From positions 3,069,682-3,133,681 of the forward strand of contig NZ_JAUSYL010000001.1 of NCBI RefSeq assembly GCF_030816895.1: a stretch of DNA of 64,000 nucleotides, read 5' to 3'. Position 1 is the stretch's first letter. Each line of letters begins with the position of its first letter. The DNA comes from Clavibacter sp. B3I6. Lineage in GTDB: Bacteria; Actinomycetota; Actinomycetes; Actinomycetales; Microbacteriaceae. The position numbers were made by a program, and so were the translations under genes. Under the pieces are notes generated by a model that worked only from the letters and a program-made list of their open reading frames with translations, was not told the DNA's origin and did not search any database. This document shows positions 63,021-64,000 of this stretch, one piece after another.

Positions 63021-63999
63021 TCAGAAGGAAGGGGAGCCACCGGGATCCGTTCGGCCGAGACCGAGGACGACCAGGAGGAGGATGAACGCCGCCAGGCCGC
63101 AGAGCGCGAGCCCGTTCAGCGCGATCCCCGCCATGGCCACGCCGCGAGGGCGGCGCCGGACGTCGCTGAGGCCGAGGATCACGCCGACGAGCGGCCCGAT
63201 GCCGAGACCCCCGAGGGTCACGATCGACAGGACCCCGAGGATGAGCGACGCCGTGCCCAACCCGCGGGGAGCGCGCGTGGTCCGAGGGCCAGACGGGACG
63301 AGGGAGTCCGGCGCCATCGGGGAGAGGTTGCCGGGATGGGGCGCGGGACCACGTCGCAGTGATGGGGTCGTACGCGGCCGCGGGGCCGCGGCGACCGTTC
63401 GCTTCGTCGCAGGCGGCGACGCCTCCTCTGCTCCCTCGAGGGGGACAGCCCGTCCCGCCGTGCTGGTGTCGGTGACGGGAGTCCCCACGCCGCCGGAGCG
63501 CTGCAGGCTGAGGACCGCGCTCACCTCCCTGCCGAGGTCACCGGGCACGGGCCGCGACGCGTCCGCGACGAGGTCCGCGACGGTGACGTCCGCCCGGTGT
63601 CCGATGGACGTGATGACGGTGCTGCGACAGGCGAGGATCGCACGCACCACATCGGGGTGGTCGAAGGCCCAGAGGCCTCCGTCGCCTGCTCCTCCGCGGA
63701 CGAGGGCGACGACATGCCCGGGACGGTCGGGGACGGCGGCGATGGCCCGCGCCAGGTCCTGCGGCGTCCGCTCGGTTCCCAGTTCGACGGCGCGTCTCGT
63801 CACCACGCGCTTCTGACGGTCCTCCAGCGCACCGCAGAAGTCCTCTGCCGTCTTCGACTGCCACCCGGTGATGAGGAAGACCCGCGTGACGGGATCGGGG
63901 AGGGCCGCGATGAACTCCTGCGGAGACGCATAGGGCTCCTCGTGATGGAGCCTCCAGCGCAGGGCCTTGGCGAGACTCCCTGTCTCCGCTTCGGCGCAT
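63021..63999 (-). CDS. XseA-catalytic-domain-like protein continuing into a DUF4190-like two-TM tail (5' end beyond the window)
   Basis: RGGAGDGGLWAFDHPDVVRAILACRSTVITSIGHRADVTVADLVAD matches the XseA core RGGGS.EDLWAFN..V.RAI....PV.SAVGHE.DVT.AD.VAD; no stop codon before the hydrophobic tail GLGTASLILGVLSIV... Confidence 0.45.
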   Translation of the reverse strand, partial: CAEAETGSLAKALRWRLHHEEPYASPQEFIAALPDPVTRVFLITGWQSKTAEDFCGALEDRQKRVVTRRAVELGTERTPQDLARAIAAVPDRPGHVVALVRGGAGDGGLWAFDHPDVVRAILACRSTVITSIGHRADVTVADLVADASRPVPGDLGREVSAVLSLQRSGGVGTPVTDTSTAGRAVPLEGAEEASPPATKRTVAAAPRPRTTPSLRRGPAPHPGNLSPMAPDSLVPSGPRTTRAPRGLGTASLILGVLSIVTLGGLGIGPLVGVILGLSDVRRRPRGVAMAGIALNGLALCGLAAFILLLVVLGLGRTDPGGSPSF

Positions 64000-64000
64000 C

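Noticed and set aside
59262-63085. Giant 1245-aa and 1270-aa ORFs spanning ligD/ku
   Set aside because: Low-complexity R/G/A-rich shadow frames. ligD and ku in the other frames carry complete domain signatures.

Overview
This is a high-GC (~72%) actinobacterial chromosomal window (Microbacteriaceae-like), densely coded on both strands. From start to end it carries nagB-nagA, a DUF1684 gene and a poxB-type ThDP enzyme, then a Zn-ADH, an alpha/beta-hydrolase and a Xi-class GST that are translationally coupled. A frameshifted SNF2 helicase follows, then a thiamine salvage operon (TPP riboswitch - thiM - thiE/thiD/tenA triple fusion - MFS transporter) and a frameshifted oligopeptidase B. A maltokinase, alditol oxidase, GH2 beta-galactosidase and a lacEFG-type ABC transporter come next, then NfeD with a frameshifted flotillin. 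A stress cluster follows (hsp20, four tandem small acidic proteins, a GSP39-like SDR), then MarR-controlled detox genes, PitA, AzgA, MntH, GtrA/Ppm1, AspA, a YtxH/LEA-like repeat protein, ligD-ku, and a partial XseA-like gene at the edge.

The most unusual structure is a ~1 kb low-GC insertion at 11595-12597, immediately after the helicase terminator. It encodes a Sec-secreted Gly/Ala/Cys-rich protein and a translationally coupled 75-aa two-TM protein. It is bracketed by ~220-bp, ~97%-identical direct repeats that duplicate the last 50 codons of the helicase plus its terminator hairpin. Together this looks like a horizontally acquired bacteriocin/immunity-like cassette.

Other notable signals:
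- A textbook TPP riboswitch upstream of thiM.
- A sigma-A-like promoter upstream of hsp20 overlapped by a CIRCE element, followed by a HAIR-like inverted repeat.
- A paralogous family of small acidic disordered proteins (four in tandem, a fifth elsewhere).
- Three single-nucleotide frameshifts (helicase, ptrB, flotillin) that are either real pseudogenes or indel errors in the assembly.
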